A stretch of 32,000 bases of DNA from Trichodesmium erythraeum IMS101 (GCF_000014265.1 NC_008312.1:4860001-4892000); one strand, 5' to 3'; shown: positions 20,001 to 28,346, counted from the first letter of the stretch. The notes: a model not told the origin generated them from the sequence alone. Made by a program: numbers and translations.

Positions 20001-20268
20001 CTAATCGTAAAGATAAATCAGTTAATAAATAACCGTTTAAATTTGGAGGAATTATCAACTTTTGCCCTAACCATAAAATCTGTTTGCCTTTTTCCCAAGC
20101 AATTTGTTTTTTTTCATTTGTTGTAGCTAACTGCCAAGTATCTAAATTTTTAACTGCGGTAATAGGTATATCCTCTTGGCAAGAGCGCCATTTGTTTTGA
20201 ATATCTAGTTGGGTTAATTTTCTGAGTTGCTCAATTGTTGTGGAAATTTCGGTAATTGAAAATTTCAT
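16981..20268 (-). CDS. Glycoside hydrolase family 38 alpha-mannosidase
   Basis: 1095 aa. It has the GH38 N-terminal catalytic motifs GHAHLDLAWLW and WLPDTFGF, then the central helical and C-terminal beta-sandwich regions (FHRGCYTTHA, FNQFHDILPGS). Confidence 0.9.
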   Translation of the reverse strand: MKFSITEISTTIEQLRKLTQLDIQNKWRSCQEDIPITAVKNLDTWQLATTNEKKQIAWEKGKQILWLGQKLIIPPNLNGYLLTDLSLRLGLVWWAEYVEIYVNGKLVQTGDLFDYSSRILLSQKVVVGKTFIIAIKLVSPAHDRGALVKSWFVYENLNNYQLDPGFMADRLEILLEYLTKFESKIDLKLERIKKSISLIDLQAVGKKEKFERSLLNLHSEITKISESYINSLKLKLLGHAHLDLAWLWDVEETWEAAQRTFTSVLNLQQDFPELIFCHSTPALYEWIEQNRPDLFNKIKRQIELGKWEVTAGLWVEPELNTVGGESIIRQVLYGQRYVWEKFGKFSSVAWLPDTFGFCWQLPQILQGGNIKYFATQKLRWNDLTEFPFEIFWWEAPDKSRIFSFMLPPIGENIEPVKMAKYAYEWQLKTGEKNVFWLPGVGDHGGGPTRDMLEISRRWQKSGFFPVLEFSTAENFFAELVEKNSGIFPVWQDELYLEFHRGCYTTHADQKRRNRRCENLLYQAELFAVFASIMTGAFYRKNDLEMAWKLVLFNQFHDILPGSAIPEAYVNVNQNWSEAERLGKEILAEAMGKVAADVNVSPPFPLDTFADGMIYPIIVFNSLNWQRSELVSVPGKKNIEGAGNREKGEVFELTPNSQHLTFLQGREDDWQVYDDAGQILTSQISDNSLLFLASDIPGVGYRLFWLCSRFSDLNKKSYIGKYIAHHTGTIAKKIENVNTVSLEIEKWVLENNLLRVKVEATTGNLESIFDKINQREVLRKPEGNKLKVFRDEGQYWDAWNIDPNYQQHPLSSAKLIDIFWIEQGKLKSSLRIIRKIGNSQFCQDYILEIGSQLLKIKNWVNWQEKHTLVKAAFPINIEADFTTYEIPCGAIKRTTKPQTEREKAKWEVPALNWADISKDNYGVSLLNDCKYGYDAKPDELRLTLLRGSTWPDSKADVGIHEFTYAIYPHIGSWENAGTVQRGYELNMPLMVQIMPLIREEKSHGKLPQVYRFLGWEAENLILMMLKRSEDNQSWVFRCYECLGKEVKLNLESDAGLRIKKVVNLLEQDVSEPNVNLENNNYNILAWKIVSFSLDIL

Positions 20269-20686
20269 AAAATTTTGATTTACTGATTTAGTGAGAATGG
20301 GTATCCATAGTTTATTTTATTTCAGATATAAAACTGGATTTAGATGATCATTTTTTCTTCTGCTTAATTTTTAGAAAAAAGTCTTGAATCATCGGCTTTT
20401 AACTGAGGAAAGTTTGGCTCAAAAAGTAAGATAAATGGTCGTCTTATGTTCTGTTTATGTTCTGTTACTAAAAGTTTAGTTCAAAAACTGGTAAAACAAC
20501 ACAAAAAAGATGGAAACTTATAAATATTAAAATGTGGGAAAGCAAGGTTTAGTTGTCTGATAAATGTAGATGTATATTGAAAACAACTTTTGCTAAGATA
20601 TTCAGATACTACTATTTCGTAATTATGTGAATTATTTGAGATAAAAATAGGAAACTGGGTAAGTTGTACTGCCGTGTTTCGACCTT

Positions 20687-20752
20687 GAAAAAAATTGGGG
20701 TTAAGCTGTCAAAAAAAAATGCAGGGTAGCAGCTAGGCCGGGAGATAAAGAT
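20687..20752 (+). repeat. Short composite copy: A-module head fused to a B-like tail
   Basis: GAAAAAAATTGGGGTTAAGCTGTC resembles the A head CGAAAAATTGGGTTAAAAAGCCTAGTC. The following GCAGGGTAGCAGCTAGGCCGGGAGATAAAG resembles the B head and tail (AGCAGC..; CTAACAGCCGGGGAG). Confidence 0.45.
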
Positions 20753-20827
20753 TGCAAAAATTAAGAGAAAAATACGGTAGTTATAAGGATGTACGAATTT
20801 TGGTTAATACATTTCTTGAGTTCTCAT

Positions 20828-20923
20828 AAAGTAAACGAGCACAATAATTTAATTGCTTGTTTACCACTACTAAAAATAAAGTAGATGAGCAAAATTGTTG
20901 CTTGTTTACCACTATTAAAAATA
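20828..20923 (+). repeat. Two tandem copies of a ~47-50-bp unit
   Basis: AAAGTAAACGAGCACAATAATTTAATTGCTTGTTTACCACTACTAAAAAT is followed directly by AAAGTAGATGAGCAAAATTGTTGCTTGTTTACCACTATTAAAAAT. Confidence 0.7.
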
Positions 20924-21701
20924 CAAAGGAATTGGTGAAAAAGATAGACTCATAAAATTTAGTATTTATAAATGAAACAGTTGTAATACTTGGACAAAAA
21001 TCATTCAGTTTAATTATTAATGTCTACTATTTTTTTGAGATTAACAGTTAACATGAGCTAGTAAAATTAGGGAAATAAAACTTTGATGCCTAGACTTTTT
21101 AAAAAAATATCTATAATTTGATTTAGATGTGCAGAATCTCTGGCTAAAAAATAGATATTTTTAGTCAATTATTATTTACATAAATTACAGGATATTTGGT
21201 GGATAATGTTCTACTAAGTTATCAATATTACTAAGGTAAAAAATAATTATTTAATTGGGATTAGTTCTAATTTTTGCCATATAAATATAAAAAAAATACG
21301 GTTTATAGAAAACTAAAATTGATAAGGTATAGAAGTATGATTATGAGGTTTTCAGATTACATAGATACAAAAAAAATAGCTAAATTTTATTCAATTATCA
21401 AATATTTTTACCTTTAATTTAAAGAATAGAATTGTATCTAATTTTTCCAAGCTATAGCAGTTTAAATATAGAAAATATGACTAAAATTATGAGATTAAAG
21501 AGTTTAAGGTATACACAAAATTATGTAAAAACGCGATTTTTACATAGTAAGGATTTTATCTTTGCTCAATGTGTAAGTTCATTTTTTCCCACTTATCAAG
21601 GTTAAGTTTATAAGTATTAATTGAAATGGCTATAACTCCAAACTCTCTAAATATTAAAGTGCACTGATATTTTTTTTATAAACAGTTTCATGGCTCTTAA
21701 A

Positions 21702-21770
21702 ATCTACTTGAGTTAGTTTTCTGAGTTGCTCAGTTTTTTTAGAAAATTACAGAATGGGGAATTAGATTAT
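21702..21770 (-). pseudogene. Degenerate ectopic copy of the 5' end (5' UTR plus about the first 22 codons) of the GH38 gene
   Basis: ATCTACTTGAGTTAGTTTTCTGAGTTGCTCAGTTTTT (21702-21737) matches ATCTAGTTGGGTTAATTTTCTGAGTTGCTCAATTGTT (20203-20239, codons for IEQLRKLTQLD). Similarity continues into GAAAATTACAGAATGGGG versus GAAAATTTCAT...GAGAATGGGT. The ATG is lost in the copy. Confidence 0.6.
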
Positions 21771-21934
21771 TTTCTCAGTTTCCTGGTATGATTAAATTAA
21801 GTATCTATAACAAATCCATTAGAAATTTAAAACTAGACTTAAGTTGTGTGATTTTTTTTCTCTGGCAAGAGCTGTTTTATTATCTATGTCAATTTCTATT
21901 TAACTTGTTCTATTTTCCCAGTAAGTAATTTAAG

Positions 21935-21999
21935 ATTTTCCCTGGCTATGTTCCCTTGTTCCTGTTTTCTTCTTTCTCTTGAAATTTTCCCTGGCTATG
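21935..21999 (+). repeat. Direct repeat of a 16-mer spaced 49 bp apart
   Basis: ATTTTCCCTGGCTATG occurs at 21935-21950 and again at 21984-21999. Confidence 0.7.
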
Positions 22000-22111
22000 G
22001 TTATGGCGAGCTGAAGCCAAGGGTGGAATAAATTTTACATTATGCTATAGCTACTCCTATTCTCTTGGGGGAAATGAGCTTGCAAGAAGAATGGGTTACA
22101 TTGGCCTCATG

Positions 22112-22228
22112 AGTCTGTTTTTTGCGTTGGACTGACCACCCGGGATTAATTAATATATATTATAACATATGTATTCACAAAAAACAACTAAAAAGTTGTT
22201 CTCTTATGGACTAGGCTTTATTTTTCGG
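22112..22228 (-). repeat. A-type module, copy 3 (inverted orientation)
   Basis: The reverse complement reads CCGAAAAATAAAGCCTAGTCCATAAGAGAACAACTTTTTAGTTGTTTTTTGTGAATACATA..TTAATTAATCCCGGGTGGTCAGTCCAACGCAAAAAACAGAC. It is collinear with 5442-5558. Confidence 0.7.
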
Positions 22229-22296
22229 TGGTATATTTTTTGTTTTTAAAGTTAACTCTGGAAAATTAATTAGTTTATCTAAATATCTAACTAAAA

Positions 22297-23631
22297 ATGA
22301 CTTCAAGCCCTTATAAAAGTAAAGTATTAAATTTTGTTGTAGCCAAATATAACCAAATATTAACTCGAAGCGATCGTACTTTATGTCATCTAAAATTTAT
22401 AGCTACAATCACAGTTCAACTGCTACTTTATCCTATATATGTGTTGCTACAAACCTCTCGCGTCGCACTCAAAAAATTACAACAAACAACCAAAAGCTAT
22501 TTACCAGAAATTAAAGAAAAAGTCAATAAAAATTACCAAACTAATGACAAATCTATTGAAGAAGTGTCAGTATTTTCAAGGCCAGTTGATTCTAGGTTAT
22601 TATATCCTTTAAACCCCAACAAAACTCTGGTCAAAAAACAGGGTAAAGTTAGTTCAAGATTAGAAATTCTAAATAATTATAAAGTATCAGATATTTTAAC
22701 TAGGGCCAAACAAGAAAATCCTCTAATATTAGATATGGGGAAGATAGAAGAAAAACCTTTATTGCAACTTCAAATTCAACCCTGTGCGGAACTTGTGCCA
22801 ACCTTTGGAGTTCTAGGGGGAGTATGGCAACTTATGGCTTGGGTGCAAACGAGTGAAATTGCTTTGTGGTTCAATTTCTTTGATGAATCTAATATTGTTT
22901 TACAGCAAAATGAACTAAAGGACAACAATAGAAGCTTAAATAGTTACCATAATCAGGTATTATTGTCAAATTCAAATATAACTTTTGGTGAGTTTATTAA
23001 TAATCTAGCAAAACACTATTTGTATCCAATTACTAAAGGTTTAGGGTTAAATGGTTTGCTGCTACCTTTGAGAAGAGAAGGAGAATGTGAAGTCGAATCA
23101 TTATTAGAAACAGAAATAGATCCAGAAAATCAAAAAAATCTTTTAGCAACTCAAGATGGTACTCCAATAGTTGCTTCATTAATATCGCCATTTGAACAAG
23201 GAATATTTCAAATAGCTACCTCTTCAACAACTAAACCTTTAATGAACCCAGAGGATGTAGAAAAACCAGGAAAAAAGAAAAGTTTTCCTTTACATAAACA
23301 CCTCTGTTATGAGATAATTTCGAGTTCTAATGATTATCTTAAACAAGAGGCGATCGCATCCAAAGAAGCTTTGAGAGAGATAGATGGACATCGAGTAGAA
23401 AATGAGGATAATTATAGCATAAATAGTAACAAAATATCTGTCAAAACTTATAACTCAGAAAGTAAGCCCAAGGAAAAACTAAACTGTTTAGAAGTAGAAT
23501 CAGTTTCAGTAGGGTATATCAAACATCCCCTAGAAGTAATATTAGGGTGGGTAGATGTGATTATGACTTGGGTAGAAAAAATATTTGTACAGGCGTGGCA
23601 ATTGTGTCAACAAAAGTTGAAAAATTTTTGA
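22297..23631 (+). CDS. Hypothetical protein with an N-terminal TM segment, function unknown
   Basis: 444-aa uninterrupted ORF in an otherwise stop-rich AT-rich region. It has a hydrophobic segment FIATITVQLLLYPIYVLL near the N-terminus and a W-rich helix at the C-terminus (LGWVDVIMTWVEKIFVQAW). No family recognised. Confidence 0.6.
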   Translation: MTSSPYKSKVLNFVVAKYNQILTRSDRTLCHLKFIATITVQLLLYPIYVLLQTSRVALKKLQQTTKSYLPEIKEKVNKNYQTNDKSIEEVSVFSRPVDSRLLYPLNPNKTLVKKQGKVSSRLEILNNYKVSDILTRAKQENPLILDMGKIEEKPLLQLQIQPCAELVPTFGVLGGVWQLMAWVQTSEIALWFNFFDESNIVLQQNELKDNNRSLNSYHNQVLLSNSNITFGEFINNLAKHYLYPITKGLGLNGLLLPLRREGECEVESLLETEIDPENQKNLLATQDGTPIVASLISPFEQGIFQIATSSTTKPLMNPEDVEKPGKKKSFPLHKHLCYEIISSSNDYLKQEAIASKEALREIDGHRVENEDNYSINSNKISVKTYNSESKPKEKLNCLEVESVSVGYIKHPLEVILGWVDVIMTWVEKIFVQAWQLCQQKLKNF

Positions 23632-23739
23632 TAAATTATTATGGTATAATTAGATAATATTTCGATATAATAATAAAATTGTAAATATTTGATCGAAAAA
23701 ATTCGGTCTAAAACCCCGTCCTTTTAGGAGAAATAATAA

Positions 23740-23856
23740 ATGCTGACTTTGAAAATAGTTGTAAATATCGTTGTCCTATTTTTTGTCTTGTTATTTATTT
23801 TTGGATTTTTATCCAATGACCCTGCACGGAACCCTAGTGGTCGGGACATGGAGTAA
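23740..23856 (+). CDS. psbI: Photosystem II reaction-centre protein I
   Basis: 38-aa [41 protein letters not shown]. It matches the conserved PsbI pattern (MLTLK...[14 protein letters not shown]). An AGGAG lies 9 nt upstream of the ATG. It is shorter than the ORF-track cutoff. Confidence 0.9.
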   Translation: MLTLKIVVNIVVLFFVLLFIFGFLSNDPARNPSGRDME

Positions 23857-24646
23857 ACATAATTGACTTAAGTTGATAACTTACGTCATGAAGGGTTATT
23901 TTGCGATAGTTGTTCAAAGTAATGAAGTGGATATATTTTTTCCATCTTCTAATGCTTTTTCTAGCTGCACTTATGTAATAAATATACCATTAGTTAATAA
24001 TAACTTTTTATTACCCAAAAACTTGGTATATCTATCAAGCACAGAACGCAGGATATACAATTATAAAGAGTGAAAGATAGGTTTTAGTTTGACCTTGAAC
24101 ACATTTTAAAGTTTTACTGGCAACTATTAACGTAAAAGCAGAAAGTCAATATTGAGGTTTCACTAATTGTGATACTTTGTATCAGTTTGATGAAGCAGTA
24201 AATTAAGTATTAATTGGAGCTTTTTGTACCCTGGATTTTCTCAGATTAAAACATGGTTAATTTGAGATGATTTCTTGGGTTAAAGCTAGTTTCATAACGA
24301 TAGAGAAAAACCGAAAATGCTCTCTGGCTAAAATCGGAAATATTGAATATAAAAACTTGTATCCTCCCAAGAAGGGAAGTAAATACTAATATTCTTGGAG
24401 GAACTCTCAGCCTGGAAGTTCACTAATTTTGTTAAGTGTTTTATTCCAGGCTAATTTTTGAGATATGACATAATTGACAGAATATGGTGTAAACCATAAG
24501 TTTTAGCTAGTTCAAGCTCAAGCTAAGAATGTTAGTAGTTAACTTTTGACTTTGAAGTTAATTGACATTGTGTGAAATTTCTAGCCCTTAAGTTTATGAT
24601 GAACTCTAACCTTTAATCCCGTAAACTTAGTATTTCTATCCGAAAT

Positions 24647-27262
24647 ATGTCCTATCCTCTGCCACCTCCAGAACTACCTCCAATTGTTGAAACTTTGCCT
24701 TCACAATCTGTAAGCCAATATGTTACAGATATAGGACAGGAAGTATCTACTCTAAATCAAAATCAATTGAGTCCGATGTCAAAATTTAGCCAGGTTGGAG
24801 AGGAAATCAAAGTATCTGTAAAGAACACTTTCTTAGGAGAAGAGTTCAGAGAAACTGTATTATACAAATTTCCTCAAATTACCTCAAATTTTGACCACAC
24901 TCAGAAAATCAGTCCAATTCATACAACCTCAGCTAATCTTGGACCACCAATAGAGATAGAGATATCATCAGCACCGAGAATTTCTACTCTGGAAAGCCAA
25001 ATCAATTCAGGTAGAAAAAGAATATTCTCATCCATCTCGTTCTCAGATTTCTCAGAATATGCGCTCTCTGAAAAAGAGCCAGAAAATAATCAACTAACAA
25101 ATTCATTTAGTCTCAATAGTAGAAAAATATTAGAACGTTTCAATCACACAAAACAACTAATTCCATCTAAATTTGAGATAGGGCAAACTATCAGAGAAAA
25201 CAACACGCCAAAACTACCAAACCTTCCCCAAGACGAACAACCCATTAGGGAAACTGAAACCCCAGACTCAGAAGAGAATAAAAAAGAAACTCAATTTCCC
25301 ACAACAAAACCAGAATCTCAAACTCAAGACTCAGAGAATAAAACGGAAGATAGACAACCTCTTGAAATACCTCTACCAGCAGATGTAGTAGAGGTAACTG
25401 CAGACCGCCAAGAATATAACGAGCAACGGCGACTTATTTCTGCAGTTGGTAAGGTAACAGTACGATTTAGTCAAGGAGTAATTAGTGCTGACAAAGTACA
25501 AGTTAACCTGACAACTCGTCAACTGCTAGCTATAGGAAATGCTGTTTTTACTAAAGCAGAACAAGTCTTACTTGGGGAACGTATGGAATACAACTTTACC
25601 CTTGACAAAGGGTTAATTGAGAAAGCAAGTGGGATTATTTTTGTTGGGGATGCGGAGCAAAGCACTTCCAAGTCTTTACCAACTACAGAAGGAGTAGGAG
25701 CATTAGAGGCAATATCCTTGAGCGATCGTATTGCTGCTACTCAACCTCCAACAAAAGTGAAAGCTACTGAAGGTACAAAACTTAGATTTAAAGCTAAACT
25801 AAAAGCACCAAAACAGTCAGGGATAGTTAACAGACTACGCTTTGAAGCTGACCGTCTCAACTTATTAGGTGCTGGAACTTGGGAAGCTATAAACCTTCGA
25901 TTAACTAATGACCCATTTTCACCTCCAGAGGTGGAATTAAGGTCTGATCGAGCTATACTTAAACCTCTATCTCCCTTTCAGGATGAGTTGATAACGAAAA
26001 AATCCCGATTAGTATTTGACCAACGTTTTAGTTTACCACTGTTTCGTGAACGAACCGTTATAGATCGCCAGCAACGAGACCCTCTCCCAATTCAAATTGG
26101 TTATGACCAAGATGATCGAGGTGGTTTATTTATTGAAAGTACATTTGAACCTCTTCTCCCAGGTCCTTTGCAAATCAAAATAAGTCCTCAATACTACTTG
26201 GAAAGAGCATTTTTGGGAGATGAAAATGACTACCCTATAGATGGTAATGTTTTTGGTCTCAAAGCTTCTGTAAATGGTACCATAACACCCACAACTCAGG
26301 TAGAGGGACGTGCCACATTTCTGACCTTTGAAGATTTTCCAGATTTGGAAGAAAATGACTTTCGGGGTAGTGCTCGACTTAGGCAGTTTTTCCAAGGTTA
26401 CAATTTGACTGGTGAGTATAGTTATCGCGATCGCTTATTTAATGGTAGTTTAGGATTTCAAACTGTTCATAGTAGTGCAGGTGTTGTGTTAGCTTCCCCT
26501 GTAATAACACTAGGTGAAACTGGTGTAGAATTTAGTTTTCAGAGTGGATATCAAGTTGTAAATGCGAGAACAGATCGTCGAGAGTTGTTAAAGGATATTC
26601 AACCATTTGAACCTCTACCTAATGATAAAAATGATGATGATAGTGATTCTAGATCGCGGGCTGATCTTGGTCGTTTCCAGAGTGTAGTTTCTCTGAGATA
26701 CCCACTAACTATCTGGAGTGGTAAACCATTAACGGCTAATGCAACTGAGGGTTTGAGATATACCAGCAAACCAGTAGTTCCGTTTTTGCAAATGGTGTTA
26801 GGACTTACAGGTGCTACTAGCTTTTATAGTAATGATGAAGACCAATCTTTTGTGCGTGGAAGTCTTGGGTTTACTGGACAATTTGGGCATTTTTCTAGAG
26901 ACTTTTTTGATTATACTGGATTTAACTTAACTTATAGTCAGACTGGTCTGAGTGGTCAGTCACCTTTTTTCTTTGACCGGGTGGAGGATACAAATGTGCT
27001 CTTATTTGGTTTAGTCCAACAAATTTATCAAGGTTTTCGGGTTGGTTACCAGAGTGGTATCAACTTAGAAAATGGTGATATTCTTGATGATAGAATTACA
27101 CTAGAATATAGTCGTCGTACTTATGGGGTGGTATTAGTTTTTAGTCCTAGACGACAAACTGGTACATTTAGTCTCCGGATCAGTGACTTCAACTGGGAAG
27201 GTGGTACAACTCCGTTTTCTGGGGAAGATGTTCGACCGGTTGGTGGTGGTGTAGTTCGTTAA
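24647..27262 (+). CDS. LptD/OstA-like outer-membrane protein (OstA-N domain plus a cyanobacterial DUF3769-type C-terminal beta-rich region)
   Basis: 871 aa. Residues ~245-330 (VEVTADRQEYNEQRRLISAVGKVTVRFSQGVISADKVQVNLTTRQLLAIGNAVFT...LLGERMEYNF) fit the LptA/LptD OstA-N beta-jellyroll pattern. The long C-terminal region is rich in alternating aromatic/Gly residues and looks beta-barrel-like. It ends ...GGGVVR. Confidence 0.7.
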   Translation: MSYPLPPPELPPIVETLPSQSVSQYVTDIGQEVSTLNQNQLSPMSKFSQVGEEIKVSVKNTFLGEEFRETVLYKFPQITSNFDHTQKISPIHTTSANLGPPIEIEISSAPRISTLESQINSGRKRIFSSISFSDFSEYALSEKEPENNQLTNSFSLNSRKILERFNHTKQLIPSKFEIGQTIRENNTPKLPNLPQDEQPIRETETPDSEENKKETQFPTTKPESQTQDSENKTEDRQPLEIPLPADVVEVTADRQEYNEQRRLISAVGKVTVRFSQGVISADKVQVNLTTRQLLAIGNAVFTKAEQVLLGERMEYNFTLDKGLIEKASGIIFVGDAEQSTSKSLPTTEGVGALEAISLSDRIAATQPPTKVKATEGTKLRFKAKLKAPKQSGIVNRLRFEADRLNLLGAGTWEAINLRLTNDPFSPPEVELRSDRAILKPLSPFQDELITKKSRLVFDQRFSLPLFRERTVIDRQQRDPLPIQIGYDQDDRGGLFIESTFEPLLPGPLQIKISPQYYLERAFLGDENDYPIDGNVFGLKASVNGTITPTTQVEGRATFLTFEDFPDLEENDFRGSARLRQFFQGYNLTGEYSYRDRLFNGSLGFQTVHSSAGVVLASPVITLGETGVEFSFQSGYQVVNARTDRRELLKDIQPFEPLPNDKNDDDSDSRSRADLGRFQSVVSLRYPLTIWSGKPLTANATEGLRYTSKPVVPFLQMVLGLTGATSFYSNDEDQSFVRGSLGFTGQFGHFSRDFFDYTGFNLTYSQTGLSGQSPFFFDRVEDTNVLLFGLVQQIYQGFRVGYQSGINLENGDILDDRITLEYSRRTYGVVLVFSPRRQTGTFSLRISDFNWEGGTTPFSGEDVRPVGGGVVR

Positions 27263-27624
27263 ATTACCTATACTCAAGCATTGCTTGGATATTGCATGGG
27301 AGACGTTGCTTCCGGCAACTAACTAGAGATGATAGCATATTTTGTGTTACAGAAATCTTAGCAAAAGTACCCCTGAAAGGTTTATCCCTGATCAGGAACT
27401 CCTATAAACTTTTTATGCCATAGGGAGGCAGTAAGGACAATGATCGAAAAAATTAAGTCTGGCATAAAAAAAATGTTTTTTTAGAGTGGTTTTCAGCAAA
27501 TTTGGAAAACACTTCTTAATAACAAAAATCCTTGTAGGGATGTTCTATAGAATCTTTCTACAGTTGTCTGTCTAAGTGGTACAGTTGACGAGAGTGCTCC
27601 TACTCCTAGCCTCTACTTTAAGTG

Positions 27625-27653
27625 CCGTATGTGAGAGTTTCCAGCTCATACGG
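27625..27653 (-). other. Hairpin resembling group II intron domain V (degenerate)
   Basis: The minus strand reads CCGUAUGAG-CUGGAAACU-CUC-AC-AUACGG. That gives a CCGUAU/AUACGG lower helix, a 2-nt AC bulge on the 3' strand and a GAAA in the apical region. The AGC triad position reads AUC. Confidence 0.3.
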
Positions 27654-28346
27654 ATACTGATCACTAAGGTTCCTTCCAGGTTAGGTTCAAATACAGACCT
27701 CTTCGCAACTTGATATCAAGGGTTCTAGAGTAGGAAACTTATACTCGGGTACATTTTAACCTATATTCAATTAAATCTCTAAATAATATTAGAGAAAAAC
27801 TTACTTTTATTAATTTTAGTTAACCAGAAATAAGACCCTTAAGTAGGTCGGTGTTGAAATTTATTGCTATGTAAAATAATGTAAATTTACCTCCAATAAA
27901 CTGTGTAGAGGAGATTGAATTCATTACACAAATCTTAATATAGCTAAGTCTTTTTCATGCCTACCTACTTATTAAACAATTTATTAATCGCTTTAATTCC
28001 TTTTCGATAATGTCGAAATTTATGAGAATTGAGTATCATTAAAATTTCTACCAATTTCCAAACAAAATCATCATTTACTGCCCAAGGAATACAAGATAAT
28101 TCGAGCAAAAAAACTACTGTGTTTTCTTTCTTTTCTACCCTGATCATTGATTCTTGATATATATTCTTTGAGACCTTTATTTTTAATTTTCTGTGTCAAG
28201 GTTGTCCTCATGTATTGACTCAAAACCGCCATTTATACCCAATAACTTTTGATTGGCCAACGAGTCGCACATTGCTCCAAGTATTAAACTCTGATTTAAA
28301 GAGATATAAATAGCGCACGAAATATTATCCTGCTTTACAGAAAACT

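Noticed and set aside
16552-22000. CRISPR array as an explanation for the direct repeats at 16.6 kb, 20.8 kb, 21.9 kb and 31.5 kb
   Set aside because: The units are 151 bp with no unique spacers, or there are only two copies. No repeat-spacer periodicity of 60-75 bp and no cas genes are present.
23873-24073. 66-aa ORF downstream of psbI
   Set aside because: AT-rich low-complexity translation, no SD and no family. Likely chance.
27675-27700. tRNA-like T-arm string AGGTTCAAATACAGACCT
   Set aside because: The loop is too long. No acceptor, D or anticodon arms can be built from the flanking sequence.
27965-28147. 60-aa minus-strand ORF (MIRVEKKENTVVFLLELSCIPWAVNDDFVWKLVEILMI...)
   Set aside because: No SD and no recognisable family. 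It lies inside the putative intron-relic region. This is unsupported rather than disproved.
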